Assembly: GCA_034670305.1 (NCBI GenBank)
Contig: JAXMNT010000071.1
Coordinates: 1 to 33,734 of the forward strand
Source of the DNA: Deltaproteobacteria bacterium
GTDB taxonomy: Bacteria > Myxococcota_A > Polyangia > Polyangiales > Houyiibacteriaceae
DNA length: 33,734 nt
Reading direction: 5' to 3'
A program made the position numbers and the translations under genes. Positions 20,157-29,571 of this stretch are shown piece by piece. Below the pieces are notes generated by a model, which saw only the letters and a list, made by a program, of their open reading frames with translations, was not told where the DNA came from and searched no databases. Position 1 is the stretch's first letter; every line of letters begins with the position of its first letter.

Positions 20157-20597
20157 TCAGTCTTCGTCGGCGCCGACTTCGCGGTCGGCCACGACCACGT
20201 CGGACGGGGCCACCGCGTTCCCGTCCGCTTCCGCCGTGATCTTCACCGTGAACCGGGTCATCGGCGTCGTCGCCATCATCGTGCCTTGGCGTGCGTCGGC
20301 GTCGTACTCGAGGTTGCCCGCCCGCTGGGGCTGCGCGCCCGCGCGGACGAACCACACGGAGTACTGGGTCATGCCGCTTCCGAGCCGGTCCGGCGGAGCG
20401 AGGTGCTGGATCGTGAGGGTCACCATGCGGTTGCCGCCCTCGATCTCTTCCACCTGAATCGTCCCATCGGCCCCCGCAGCGCGTGCGCTTCCGGCGAGCG
20501 CGTACTCCGCCGGTCCGCCGCAACCGAGCGCCATGCAAAGGAGGAGCGCAGCGAGGAAGGAGGGTGCGGAGGAGGCTTGGGCGAACATGGTCGGCAT
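20157..20597 (-). CDS. Small myxobacterial-type lipoprotein
   Basis: ALGC lipobox; HLAPP...YSVW...ITAE beta-sandwich-like pattern. Confidence 0.7.
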   Translation of the reverse strand: MPTMFAQASSAPSFLAALLLCMALGCGGPAEYALAGSARAAGADGTIQVEEIEGGNRMVTLTIQHLAPPDRLGSGMTQYSVWFVRAGAQPQRAGNLEYDADARQGTMMATTPMTRFTVKITAEADGNAVAPSDVVVADREVGADED

Positions 20598-20668
20598 GGC
20601 CGGGCGGAATAGGCGACCGGTGGGATTCGGTCAAGACGCCGACCGTCCACGGGCACCTGCCCCCCGGC

Positions 20669-21559
20669 TCACCCCCCGTTTTCGGACTGCCGGCCCCGGA
20701 TGGCCCGACGTGTGAGGTCGCGCAACTTGGGCCGGGCGTCGCGGGCAAGCGACGAGCGGGGCCAACGGCGAATCAGGGTGCGCAGCGCCTCGCGGGCGGT
20801 GTCGATGTCGTCCGAGTCCTCGGCGCAACGCGCGAGCAACCACGTCGCGTCGTCCTGAAGCTCGCGGTCGACCTGCTGTTCGATCACCTGACGCGCGTAG
20901 ACGATGGCTTCGCTCTGCCGACCCAGTTGTTCGAGGGCCTTGGCGAGCTGGAACTTCACCGCCGGGATGTGGGCGGCCTCGTCGCGCATCCGGATGGATT
21001 CCTGGAACTTCTCCGCCGCTTCGGCGTAGCGGCCGTTGCGGACCAACTCCAGACCGTTCTGGTAGGCGGCGATCGAGAGATCGAGCCGGAAGTGATCGTA
21101 GGTGTCTCGGAAGAAGTCCGTCTCGGCACGCGAGAGGTTCTCTTGGGTGATCTGCGGGTATTGCTCGACGACTTCGGCGCGCCGCTGCTGGCGGATGAGA
21201 TCGTAGAACTGGCTCGCCCGTGCTTCGGCGCGCGCCCGGTCCTCGGCGCGGCGGGTCTCTTCGGTCAAGTCCGTCTCGAGCTCCTCCACCTGGGTGCGGA
21301 GCTGATCCATGGTCGACTCGATCTCGCGGATGCGTGCGTCCGAGGCGAGTTTCAGGCCGAGAAACGACAGGGCCGCCACGGTCACGAGGAAGAAGGCCCC
21401 GTTCCAGTTGAAGCGCCGCTCGTACCCCGCCTGCCGCTTCGCGATCGACTTGATGTCGGCGCCGAGCGAGTTGACGAGGTTGTTCGTCCGGATCGTCAGA
21501 CCACGAGATTCGATGATCTCTTTCTTGATCTCGCGGATCTCTTCGTCGGCGTCTTGCAT
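20669..21559 (-). CDS. Membrane-anchored coiled-coil/TPR protein (CpoB/YbgF-like)
   Basis: Start MQDADEEIREIKK; TM; coiled coil; TPRs ending LIRRWPRSSLARDA. Confidence 0.75.
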   Translation of the reverse strand: MQDADEEIREIKKEIIESRGLTIRTNNLVNSLGADIKSIAKRQAGYERRFNWNGAFFLVTVAALSFLGLKLASDARIREIESTMDQLRTQVEELETDLTEETRRAEDRARAEARASQFYDLIRQQRRAEVVEQYPQITQENLSRAETDFFRDTYDHFRLDLSIAAYQNGLELVRNGRYAEAAEKFQESIRMRDEAAHIPAVKFQLAKALEQLGRQSEAIVYARQVIEQQVDRELQDDATWLLARCAEDSDDIDTAREALRTLIRRWPRSSLARDARPKLRDLTRRAIRGRQSENGG

Positions 21560-21745
21560 GACCAGCGGAGGAACTACCGCCGCGCGGCGTGTGAAGCAAA
21601 CCCCCGGCCGCTCGGGCGCCGTCCTTCGGACCCAAAACGAGTCTTCCGAGGACCCAACGAAGGGTCCAGGCACCGCCTCAGACTTGACGCGCTCGCAGCG
21701 GTCCTGTTTGCTGTGGTCTCCGGGGGGAGAATCGCGACGGAGAGC

Positions 21746-22660
21746 ATGGGTCGACCGAAAGTAGCGTTTGTAGGATCGGGCGGAGCCACCAAGGGCATCG
21801 CACACCTCGGGGTACTCAAGGCCATGCACGAACTCGGGTTGACCACGGACGTGTTCGTCGGTGCGTCTGCGGGCGCCGTCGCGGGGGCATTCGCCGCCCA
21901 GGGCGTGGGCGCCGACGAAATGGTGGACTGGTTCCGGCCGTTTTGGCGCCGCGACGCCGATCGGCCCCTCAAGGGTCGTCATTTCTTGGGACTTCCGAAC
22001 CGGGGCCAGTGGCTCAAACCCGGTTGGCTCACCAGCGGTTTGCTCAGCGCCGACCGCTTCGAGCGCTTTCTCGCCAAGCGGCTCCCCCACAACGACTTCC
22101 GCCAGCTGGACCGCGCGCTCTACGTGACCGCGACCGATGTCGACGGCCGAGGTCGGGTGGTGTTCGGCCGCAAACACATCGAAGACGTACCGATCAGCCA
22201 AGCTCTGGCGGCCTCGTGCTCCGTGCCGCTGCTCTTCCGGCCCTATCGCATCGGCGACCGCTACTACATGGACGGCGAAGTCGTACGGACCCTCAGCCTC
22301 GACGTCGCCGTCGAAGCGGGCGCGGACATCGTCGTCATCTCCAACGTCTACCGGCCGCACGTGACCCACGGCGGGCCGAGCATCGCCCACCAGGGACCGT
22401 TCGCGATGGGCCGCCAGACGCTCAACGTGATGCTGAGCGAGAAAGAGAAGCGCGGCATCGATCTTCTGCACCGCCGCTACCCGCACCTCACGGTGCTCAA
22501 CGTCTCGCCCGACCTCGGACGCTTCTCGTTCACGTCCCGCCGGGCCGCCCGCAAACTCCTGCTCCGCGGCTACCGCGAAGCCCTCCGCGTCCTCGCCCCA
22601 GCGAAGAAACGCGGCGTCTTCGACCACGCGCCGACCACCACCCACGTCGGCAAAGCGTAG
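21746..22660 (+). CDS. Patatin-like phospholipase
   Basis: SGGATKG oxyanion loop, GASAG nucleophile, MDGE catalytic Asp; GGAG RBS before ATG 21746. Confidence 0.9.
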   Translation: MGRPKVAFVGSGGATKGIAHLGVLKAMHELGLTTDVFVGASAGAVAGAFAAQGVGADEMVDWFRPFWRRDADRPLKGRHFLGLPNRGQWLKPGWLTSGLLSADRFERFLAKRLPHNDFRQLDRALYVTATDVDGRGRVVFGRKHIEDVPISQALAASCSVPLLFRPYRIGDRYYMDGEVVRTLSLDVAVEAGADIVVISNVYRPHVTHGGPSIAHQGPFAMGRQTLNVMLSEKEKRGIDLLHRRYPHLTVLNVSPDLGRFSFTSRRAARKLLLRGYREALRVLAPAKKRGVFDHAPTTTHVGKA

Positions 22661-22709
22661 TTTCCAGCGACGGCCGGCCGATAAGCACAGCCCCCTCGCC
22701 AACCGCGGT

Positions 22710-24554
22710 TCAGAAACCTCGGTCTAGGCTGAGTTCGATGCGGCGGTTGTCCGCCCTGCCCTCGGGCGTGGCGTTGTCGCCCACCGGCTGAGCATCGCCG
22801 TACCCGCGCGCCACGAGCCGCGCTGGGGCGATGCCGTTGGCGACGAGCACGTCCACCACGGCCCCTGCGCGCCGGCGGCTGAGCCCAAGATTCGCGAGGG
22901 AGTCGCCTACGTTGTCCGTGTGGCCCGCGACCTGAAGCCGCACGGTGTCGGGACAGAGTCCGATGAGGTTCGGCACCGCGGACAACTGACGCACGCTCTG
23001 TTCGGACAACTCGGCGCTCCCGGTTTGGAACTCGAGTCGGGTCTCCGCCTGGAGTTGCGCCAGTGCCGCGTCGCACGCGTTCGCCGCGTCGAAGTCGAGC
23101 AGCGCGATCGGCGCCGCCCAAGCGAACCCTTCGGGTGGGGTGCTCATCAACTCAGTCACCGCCGCACGACCCGCCTCGTCCGCCTCACCCGCGAAGCGCA
23201 GGGTCGGTCCGTCCGCCGCGTCGAAGTCGAACTGCGCCCGGCCCTGACTCACCGAACCGAACGCGGTCGCGACCTGAGTCAGCGCGGCGTCAAACGTCTC
23301 CGGGGTCTCGAAGGTCGCGCCGTCATGGACCACGAGGTAGTCGACGTTCACCCCGCGGAAGCGGCGACGCAGCAACGCGACCAGCGCAGCCTTCGACTCG
23401 TCCGACGGAACGAGGCCGCCCGCGAAGAACTGCGTGCGCCCATCGACGAGACGCTTCGTGACCTGGACGTCGTACGGAAGCGGCCGCAGGTAGAGGCGCT
23501 CCGGCGGGACTTCTTCGGCGGGCAGCACCGCATGCGCCGGGACCTCGCCGGTCAGCGCTTCGAGGAACGCGACCATCGACGCGACCTGCGCGTCGTCCAG
23601 TTCGAGCCCGAGCTGCACGTGGCCCATCGTCCGCACCGCACGGCCGAGATCGGTCTCGGATCCATCGTGGAAGTACGGCGCCGTGAGCGCGACGTTGCGA
23701 AGCGTCGGCACCTTGAAGAAGTGGCGGTGCCCCTCCTCGCCGGTGTGGTTGAACCGCCCGAGATCGGCTTCGGTGAGATCGCCGCCGCGCAGTGCGAAGT
23801 AGTCGTTCACCACGCCCATCTTCTGGAACATCGTGCCTCCGATCGACGGGCCCTGGTGGCAACTGGTGCACGCGCTGCGCACGAAGAGCCGGTAGCCGGC
23901 GACCGCCTCTTCGCTCATCGCGGTGTCGTCGCCCTGCACCCACGCATCAAACGGCGCGGGCGTGATGAGCGAGCGCTCGTACTCGGCGATCGCGTCCGTG
24001 ATCGTCTCCTTGGTCACGCCATCGTCGGGGTAGAGATCCGCGAACCGTTCCGTGTACCAATCGTCCGCTTCGATCCGCGGCACGACCTCCTCGAACGTCG
24101 CGCCCATCTCGATCGGGTTCTCGACCGGGCCCCCGGCCTGCTCCTGCAGATCCGCCGCGCGCCCATCCCAGAACTGCGCGACGTGGTTCCACGCATTGAA
24201 TGTGGTCGGCGCGTTGATGGGGCCGACCGCGTTCTCGATCCCGAAGGACGTCCGGCGCGGTTCCGCGCCGCCCGCATCGAGCGCGTGACAGCTCGCGCAC
24301 GAGAGCGAGCCGTCGCCGGAGAGGATGCCGTCGTGGTAGAGGCGCCGGCCGAGCGCCACCTTCTCCATGTCGATGTCGAGCTCCTCGAAGGCCGGCAGCG
24401 CGGGGATCGGGCCGGTCCATCGGCGCCCCGGCCCGTCTGCGTCTCGGGTCTGCAGGTGGAGGAACGCACCGACGCCGATCAGCACCAGCACCAGCACGAT
24501 GTAGCCGATGGTCTCGTCTTTCATGGGGTCGCGCATAGGAGAGGCGCCAACCAT
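22710..24554 (-). CDS. Di-heme cytochrome c peroxidase fused to C-terminal OmpA-like domain
   Basis: CASCH and CTSCH, FWDGRA, NPIEMG, FKVPTLRNVALTAPYFHDGS; C-terminal GHTDNVG...NLGLSRRRA...NRRIE. Start could be slightly downstream. Confidence 0.9.
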   Translation of the reverse strand: MVGASPMRDPMKDETIGYIVLVLVLIGVGAFLHLQTRDADGPGRRWTGPIPALPAFEELDIDMEKVALGRRLYHDGILSGDGSLSCASCHALDAGGAEPRRTSFGIENAVGPINAPTTFNAWNHVAQFWDGRAADLQEQAGGPVENPIEMGATFEEVVPRIEADDWYTERFADLYPDDGVTKETITDAIAEYERSLITPAPFDAWVQGDDTAMSEEAVAGYRLFVRSACTSCHQGPSIGGTMFQKMGVVNDYFALRGGDLTEADLGRFNHTGEEGHRHFFKVPTLRNVALTAPYFHDGSETDLGRAVRTMGHVQLGLELDDAQVASMVAFLEALTGEVPAHAVLPAEEVPPERLYLRPLPYDVQVTKRLVDGRTQFFAGGLVPSDESKAALVALLRRRFRGVNVDYLVVHDGATFETPETFDAALTQVATAFGSVSQGRAQFDFDAADGPTLRFAGEADEAGRAAVTELMSTPPEGFAWAAPIALLDFDAANACDAALAQLQAETRLEFQTGSAELSEQSVRQLSAVPNLIGLCPDTVRLQVAGHTDNVGDSLANLGLSRRRAGAVVDVLVANGIAPARLVARGYGDAQPVGDNATPEGRADNRRIELSLDRGF

Positions 24555-24578
24555 TGGCCAGCCGCCGCGTGAGCCTCG

Positions 24579-26291
24579 TCAGAGCTTCGCGAGCCACGCG
24601 TCCCGGTCGAGCGACTCCACCGGTTCCCGCGTCCGCAGCCGCCAGTTCGGCCGGGCGTGCGGCGAGGTGCCCGGCACGTTCTGCGGCACGGACTCACCGA
24701 GCAGATCCTCGAACGCCACCACCAGCCGGGCATGTGGTCGCGCGCCCAGCCGCGTGACCAGCGCGCGGTGCACTTCGATGGGCGCGTTCGAAGCCACGTC
24801 GAGCAGTGCGCAGAGCCGAGCCACTTGTTCGCGACGATCCGCGCGCTGACGCTCGGCGTCTTCGTCGTCCAGCAACCCGAGGCGCACCCACTCCAACAGG
24901 TCGTCCGCGTTCATCCACGCGGCGAACATCGGCAGGTCGTGGGTGCCCACCGAGACGAAGGCCGCGGCGTCTGCGTCGGACAGCCCATCCTCCGTCCATT
25001 CGAAGTAGGTCACGAAGCTGCGGAAGAGCCCGTGCGTGCGCATGGCCTCGGTCAACGCAAGCGGGACGGTCCCGAGGTCCTCTCCGACGATCGCGCAGCG
25101 GTGTTCGTGCGAAGCGAGCGTGAGCAGCGCGTAGAGTTCTTCCGGCCGCCGCTGCGCGATGTAGACGCCTTCCCGCGCATCGGCGCCGTCCGGCACCACG
25201 AAGGTCCGTTCGAGTCCGGCCGCGTGGTCGAAACGGAGCACGTCGGCGTGTTCGGCGTGGTGCGCGAGACAACGGCGCAGGTACGCGTACCCCATTTGGC
25301 GGTCGCGCTCCGGATGCATGGGCGGAAGCCCCCACGACTGCCCACTCGCGAAGAGCGGGTCGGGCGGCGCCCCGACGCTCAGCCCTTGGAGGAAGAGCGC
25401 GGGCCACCGCGCCACATCGAACGAGTCCGCAGCGACTCCGATCGGGAGATCGAGTTGCAGTCCGCCCTCCGCGCCGAGTCCCGCCATCTGCGCGCGCGCC
25501 CGGAGCTGGGCGAACCGAACCAACTCCGGCGACAACCAGGTCGGTCCACCCGAGGCGCGCTGCGACGCGTACCGGTCGAGATCCGGAACGACGTACTGCT
25601 CCAGGGACGTGTGCGCTTCGGGAGTGGTCCGGCCGCGGACCTCTGCGAGCGCGCGCCAGTGGGCCCGGGACCAGGCCGGCAGGTCGATCTCGCGCGACGC
25701 CGAGTCGACCGGCGGCACCAGGGCCGGCACGCCTTCGAGATCGACGAAGAGCTCGTTCCAGAACAGCCGACTGAAGGGCGCGTACGGACTCACGTCGCCG
25801 CGCTCATGCGCGACCGCCAGCAGCGGGAGCGTGGAGACGCCTCGCCCGCGCATCGCCCGCACGCGTTGCACGAGCCGCCCGAGCATCCCGAACGACGGCG
25901 ACGACGACGTTCGTTCATGCAACGCGTAGAGCGGGGCGAAGAGCGACCATCCGCCGAGCCCTTCTCCGTAAGCCCGTCGCGGCGCGGAGATGCACACGGT
26001 GCCCGCCACCGGGTGTACCCCAAACGGCACCCCCTCGATCTCCCCATCGCGGGCCTCGCGCACCCACTGGGTCTCGGCCGCAGGATCGGAGGAGACCGAG
26101 GCGACGTGCGCCGGCACCGCGCCCGCACCATCCCACAGCACGAGAGGCTCGGGCACCGTCTCGCGCGGACCGAGCGCCTCGAGGACCGCCCGCACCGAGG
26201 CCACCGGGGAGCGGCGGCGTTCGCCGAGCGCATCCCGGTACTCCAGGACGAGTCCGTGGTCCTCCGCTGCCTTCCGGTCCGCGTCCTGCAC
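24579..26291 (-). CDS. malQ: 4-alpha-glucanotransferase (GH77)
   Basis: SPYAPFSR, DLPIG, GAPPD, GQSWG, RFDH, VGEDLG, GTHD, NVPGT, NWR. Confidence 0.88.
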   Translation of the reverse strand: MQDADRKAAEDHGLVLEYRDALGERRRSPVASVRAVLEALGPRETVPEPLVLWDGAGAVPAHVASVSSDPAAETQWVREARDGEIEGVPFGVHPVAGTVCISAPRRAYGEGLGGWSLFAPLYALHERTSSSPSFGMLGRLVQRVRAMRGRGVSTLPLLAVAHERGDVSPYAPFSRLFWNELFVDLEGVPALVPPVDSASREIDLPAWSRAHWRALAEVRGRTTPEAHTSLEQYVVPDLDRYASQRASGGPTWLSPELVRFAQLRARAQMAGLGAEGGLQLDLPIGVAADSFDVARWPALFLQGLSVGAPPDPLFASGQSWGLPPMHPERDRQMGYAYLRRCLAHHAEHADVLRFDHAAGLERTFVVPDGADAREGVYIAQRRPEELYALLTLASHEHRCAIVGEDLGTVPLALTEAMRTHGLFRSFVTYFEWTEDGLSDADAAAFVSVGTHDLPMFAAWMNADDLLEWVRLGLLDDEDAERQRADRREQVARLCALLDVASNAPIEVHRALVTRLGARPHARLVVAFEDLLGESVPQNVPGTSPHARPNWRLRTREPVESLDRDAWLAKL

Positions 26292-26414
26292 GCGTGCGTG
26301 TTAGCCGGGTGGCCCGCCGGCAGCAACGTGCACGCCGTGGGTTCCATCCCATCCTGGGAGTTCCGCGGCACCCTGCTATACGCACCGCATGGATACGCAC
26401 CGCATGAGCACCGC

Positions 26415-27215
26415 ATGAGCACCGAACACCGCGGCGACAACCTCTCCGAACTCGTCGACATCATGCGCCGCTTGCTCGGTCCCGACGGATGCCCGTGGGA
26501 CCGTGAGCAGACCCTCGAGACGCTGCGCCCGTACGTGATCGAAGAAGCGCACGAGGTGGCCGATGCGATCGACCGCGGCGATCGCGACGCGCTGAGAGAA
26601 GAACTCGGAGACCTGCTGCTGCAGATCGTGTTTCAGGCGGAGCTGGCGCGCGCCGAAGGCTCGTTCGTCTTGGACGACGTCGTGACCGCGATCATCGAGA
26701 AGATGGTCCGCCGTCATCCGTGGGTGTTCGGGGACGAAGGGGTGGACGGCGCGGACGCGGCGCTCGATCGGTGGGAAGCGATCAAGGCGCAGGAGAAGGC
26801 GAAGAAGGGCGACGCCCCCAAAGGTGCGCTCGAAGGGGTGCCGGTGTCGCTGCCGGCGCTCCTGCGCGCGGTGCGGGTGGGGGAGAAGGCGAGCGCGGTG
26901 GGCTACGACTGGCCGGACGCAGGCGGGCCGCGCGCCAAGATCGACGAGGAGCTCCAGGAGCTCGACGAAGCGTTGGCGTCGGGCGACGCCGCCGCGGCGG
27001 AAGCTGAACTCGGCGACGTGCTCTTCTCGATCGCGAGCTTTGCCCGAAAGCAGAACCTCGACCCCGAGGCCGCGCTGCGCAAGGCGCTCGGCAAGTTCAC
27101 CGACCGGTTCGAACACGCCGAAGGATCCGCAGCCAAAGAGGGCCAAGGCCTCCGGGACCTCGATCCCGAACAACTCGACGCGCTCTGGCAGGAGGCCAAA
27201 CGGGCGCTGTCCTGA
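26415..27215 (+). CDS. mazG: Nucleoside triphosphate pyrophosphohydrolase MazG
   Basis: GCPWDREQT, EEAHEV, EELGDLL, RRHP, second domain ELGDVLF. Confidence 0.95.
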   Translation: MSTEHRGDNLSELVDIMRRLLGPDGCPWDREQTLETLRPYVIEEAHEVADAIDRGDRDALREELGDLLLQIVFQAELARAEGSFVLDDVVTAIIEKMVRRHPWVFGDEGVDGADAALDRWEAIKAQEKAKKGDAPKGALEGVPVSLPALLRAVRVGEKASAVGYDWPDAGGPRAKIDEELQELDEALASGDAAAAEAELGDVLFSIASFARKQNLDPEAALRKALGKFTDRFEHAEGSAAKEGQGLRDLDPEQLDALWQEAKRALS

Positions 27216-27241
27216 CCGGCGGGCGCGCTATCCTCCGAGGG

Positions 27242-28276
27242 ATGCGTTGCGACCACCCGCCGCGCGGCCCATCGCGGACCGCCCTGCTCGCACTCTTGTG
27301 GGGTGTGATCGGGTTTGCATGTGTCTCCGGTCCAACTGTGGTGGGCCGCATGCAGTACCCGGCGGCGGTGCCGCTGCGGACCTTCCCCTCGGTGTGGATC
27401 GCCAACGGCGGGGATCCCTCGGAGCGCCGACTCGCCATGGAGCTGGCCGCGCACTTGCGCAGCACAGACCGGCGGGTGGAGATCGTCGGGCGGGACCAGC
27501 TCGAACCGATGCGCCTCGCGGGGCGCATCCCGGCCGCGAGTGTGGTGGTGCTCCTCGAGCTCGACCTGCAGCGGCGGACCCAGACCCGAAGCACCACCCA
27601 GCCCGAGACCGTGTGTGGATCCACCGGCTGCACCACGCGGCACCGAACCGACTACTACGAGGTCCCCACGTTGCGCGCGCGGGTGCGGCTGACGGTGTTC
27701 GACGGACCGAGCGCTCGGATGCTGCAACGCGTGGCCCACGAGACTCTGGAAGAAGGGCGGCGGCCGGCGCAGATGGTGCAGCGCGCGCTCGTCGACCTGA
27801 GCCAGAAGATCCTCGCGAGCGTCGACCAGCGGGTGGAGCGGATCGAAGTTCAGCTCCTGTCGACCGAACACCCCGAGGTGCGTGCCGCGCTGGCGGACAT
27901 CGAACTCGGCGAATGGCGCGCGGGCCGGGTGCGTCTCGAGCAGTTCGTCGAGTCGGAGACGTGGGATTCACTGGAGCCGCAGGTGCAAGCCCGGGTGCTC
28001 TACGACCTCGGCATGGCCCGCCGCTTCGATCCCGTGGCCCGGCGCGACGACCCGGCCGCACAGTTCGCGGCGGCAGAGGAAGCACTTCAGCGCGCGGTTC
28101 GGCTCGACCCCCGCGAACGCTACGACAGCGCCCTGCGCGCCGTCCGGGCACACCAAGGGCAGCTGCGGCTGGTGATGGCCCAGCAAGAAGCCGCAACGCA
28201 CAACTACCAGGTCGCCACCCCCTCGGAGACGCCGAACGGCGAGGTCCCGCCGGTCCCGCCGAGCTACGCCCCCTGA
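27242..28276 (+). CDS. TPR-containing lipoprotein, hypothetical
   Basis: GFAC lipobox, C-terminal TPR-like helices, TATCCT 7 nt before the ATG. Confidence 0.7.
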   Translation: MRCDHPPRGPSRTALLALLWGVIGFACVSGPTVVGRMQYPAAVPLRTFPSVWIANGGDPSERRLAMELAAHLRSTDRRVEIVGRDQLEPMRLAGRIPAASVVVLLELDLQRRTQTRSTTQPETVCGSTGCTTRHRTDYYEVPTLRARVRLTVFDGPSARMLQRVAHETLEEGRRPAQMVQRALVDLSQKILASVDQRVERIEVQLLSTEHPEVRAALADIELGEWRAGRVRLEQFVESETWDSLEPQVQARVLYDLGMARRFDPVARRDDPAAQFAAAEEALQRAVRLDPRERYDSALRAVRAHQGQLRLVMAQQEAATHNYQVATPSETPNGEVPPVPPSYAP

Positions 28277-28291
28277 CAGCGATCGGCGTGT

Positions 28292-28405
28292 CCTTGCCCT
28301 TGCCCGTGCCCTTGGTGCTGTTCGAATTCGAAGCCGAATCCGAAGCCGAAGCCGAAGCCGAAACCGAAGCCGAAGCCGAAGCCGAAACCGAAGCCGAAAT
28401 CCGAC
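28292..28405. repeat. Composite tract (CCCTTG)n followed by (GCCGAA)n
   Basis: Between convergent genes; inverted architecture relative to 18292-18560. Confidence 0.9.
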
Positions 28406-28419
28406 TTCCGACCGATCCC

Positions 28420-29445
28420 TCAGTCGTCGACGCGGTCTTCTACTGGGCGGGGGAGCGTGACGGTGACGCTGCTGTCGGCGAAGGTGGCCTCACCGATGGT
28501 CACAGTGCGGGCGCCAGCGGGGGCGCCGATGGTGTAGGGGCGGAAGTAGAGGAAGCCGGGTGGGCTGCCTTCGAGTTGGGCGTAGAGTTCGGTGCGCCGG
28601 GCGCCCATCATGCCGGTCCCGCCGCAGCCGATGAGGCCGAGTTGAAAGCGGGTTCGGCCGACGTCGTTGTCGACGCTGCGACCGATCCACGTCGTGCTCG
28701 CGTGACTCATACCGATGCCGACCACGACCCAGGGCACACATCCGTTGCTGGGCAGTTGGGGCGGCGCGTAGGTGCCGGTGCCGCGTGCAGCGGTCACCTC
28801 TTCGAAGAGCACGTCGTCGCCCGGGGTCCAGCCCAAGGTCGCGAGCATGACCTCGGCTTCGGCGTGGCCGAGCAGGGCGTCGACCGGCGCGCCGGAGTCG
28901 ACCACCGCTTGTTCGGTCAGGCCGGGCATCAAGTAGACGCGCGTCTGGATGTCGCCGGTGCCGTGGCCCTCCGCCCGGACTTCGTCCGCTCCGCACGCGC
29001 CGATCGAAGCGGTGTACATGCTGCAGCTCGGGCGTTTCTCCGCGCCGAGGTCGGTGAGCACCATCCCCGGTTGGGCGCGCACCACGACGACGCCGCACGC
29101 GCCGTGCAGTTCTGGAAACGAGCGGGCCAACGGCAGCGGTTCGGGCGCGCCCCACTCGCCTTGGGCGGCGTAACCACGGGCGACCAACACATCGTGCAAC
29201 GCGTTGGCGGATTCGTCGGGGGTGCCGGTCGGCAAGCCGCAGTCGCGCCACCCGAGTTGGTTCAGTGCCGCCTCCGCTCCGACGAAGGGTTCGCGTTCTT
29301 CTTCCCGGTACGGATCTTCTTCGGTGGACTCCGAGGTCGCCCAGACGACGAGGAACGTCGCCAGCAGACACGCGGCACCGAACACCGCCCAGATCGCGAT
29401 CCCACTGCCCTTGTCCGAAACCTCGACCGATTCTCCACGTGCCAT
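28420..29445 (-). CDS. Hypothetical membrane-anchored protein with two Cys-containing repeats
   Basis: GGAGG RBS before ATG 29445; N-terminal TM; GACGVVVV / GCVPWVVVG duplicated pattern. Confidence 0.6.
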   Translation of the reverse strand: MARGESVEVSDKGSGIAIWAVFGAACLLATFLVVWATSESTEEDPYREEEREPFVGAEAALNQLGWRDCGLPTGTPDESANALHDVLVARGYAAQGEWGAPEPLPLARSFPELHGACGVVVVRAQPGMVLTDLGAEKRPSCSMYTASIGACGADEVRAEGHGTGDIQTRVYLMPGLTEQAVVDSGAPVDALLGHAEAEVMLATLGWTPGDDVLFEEVTAARGTGTYAPPQLPSNGCVPWVVVGIGMSHASTTWIGRSVDNDVGRTRFQLGLIGCGGTGMMGARRTELYAQLEGSPPGFLYFRPYTIGAPAGARTVTIGEATFADSSVTVTLPRPVEDRVDD

Positions 29446-29534
29446 CGTTGCCTCCAGCCTACCCCGCGCGCGCACCTTCGGTCATCCGCGATGGGCGCGG
29501 ACGTGCCTCATTCCACTCTGAGCTGCGATGCGCT

Positions 29535-29571
29535 TTGACCCACTCGGGCTACCCACGTACAAACCGTGGGT
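29535..29571 (+). promoter_or_regulatory. Sigma70-type promoter with overlapping palindromic operator
   Basis: TTGACC (29535-40), 17 nt, TACAAA (29558-63). Inverted repeat ACCCACG/CGTGGGT (29551-57/29565-71) straddles the -10. Confidence 0.65.

Noticed and set aside
22685-22695. GCACAGCCCCC as a third copy of the 10678/31471 motif
   Set aside because: Only 11 bp match in GC-rich DNA and the flanks do not align.
20483-22702. 725-aa and 677-aa ORFs as large fusion proteins
   Set aside because: Each is a real gene (patatin from 21746; TPR protein from 21559) extended by the antisense of its divergent neighbour.
24657-27215. 852-aa MazG fusion, or MazG as an anti-phage system
   Set aside because: The N-terminal extension is antisense to malQ. 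The real protein is a housekeeping tandem-domain MazG with no defence genes nearby.
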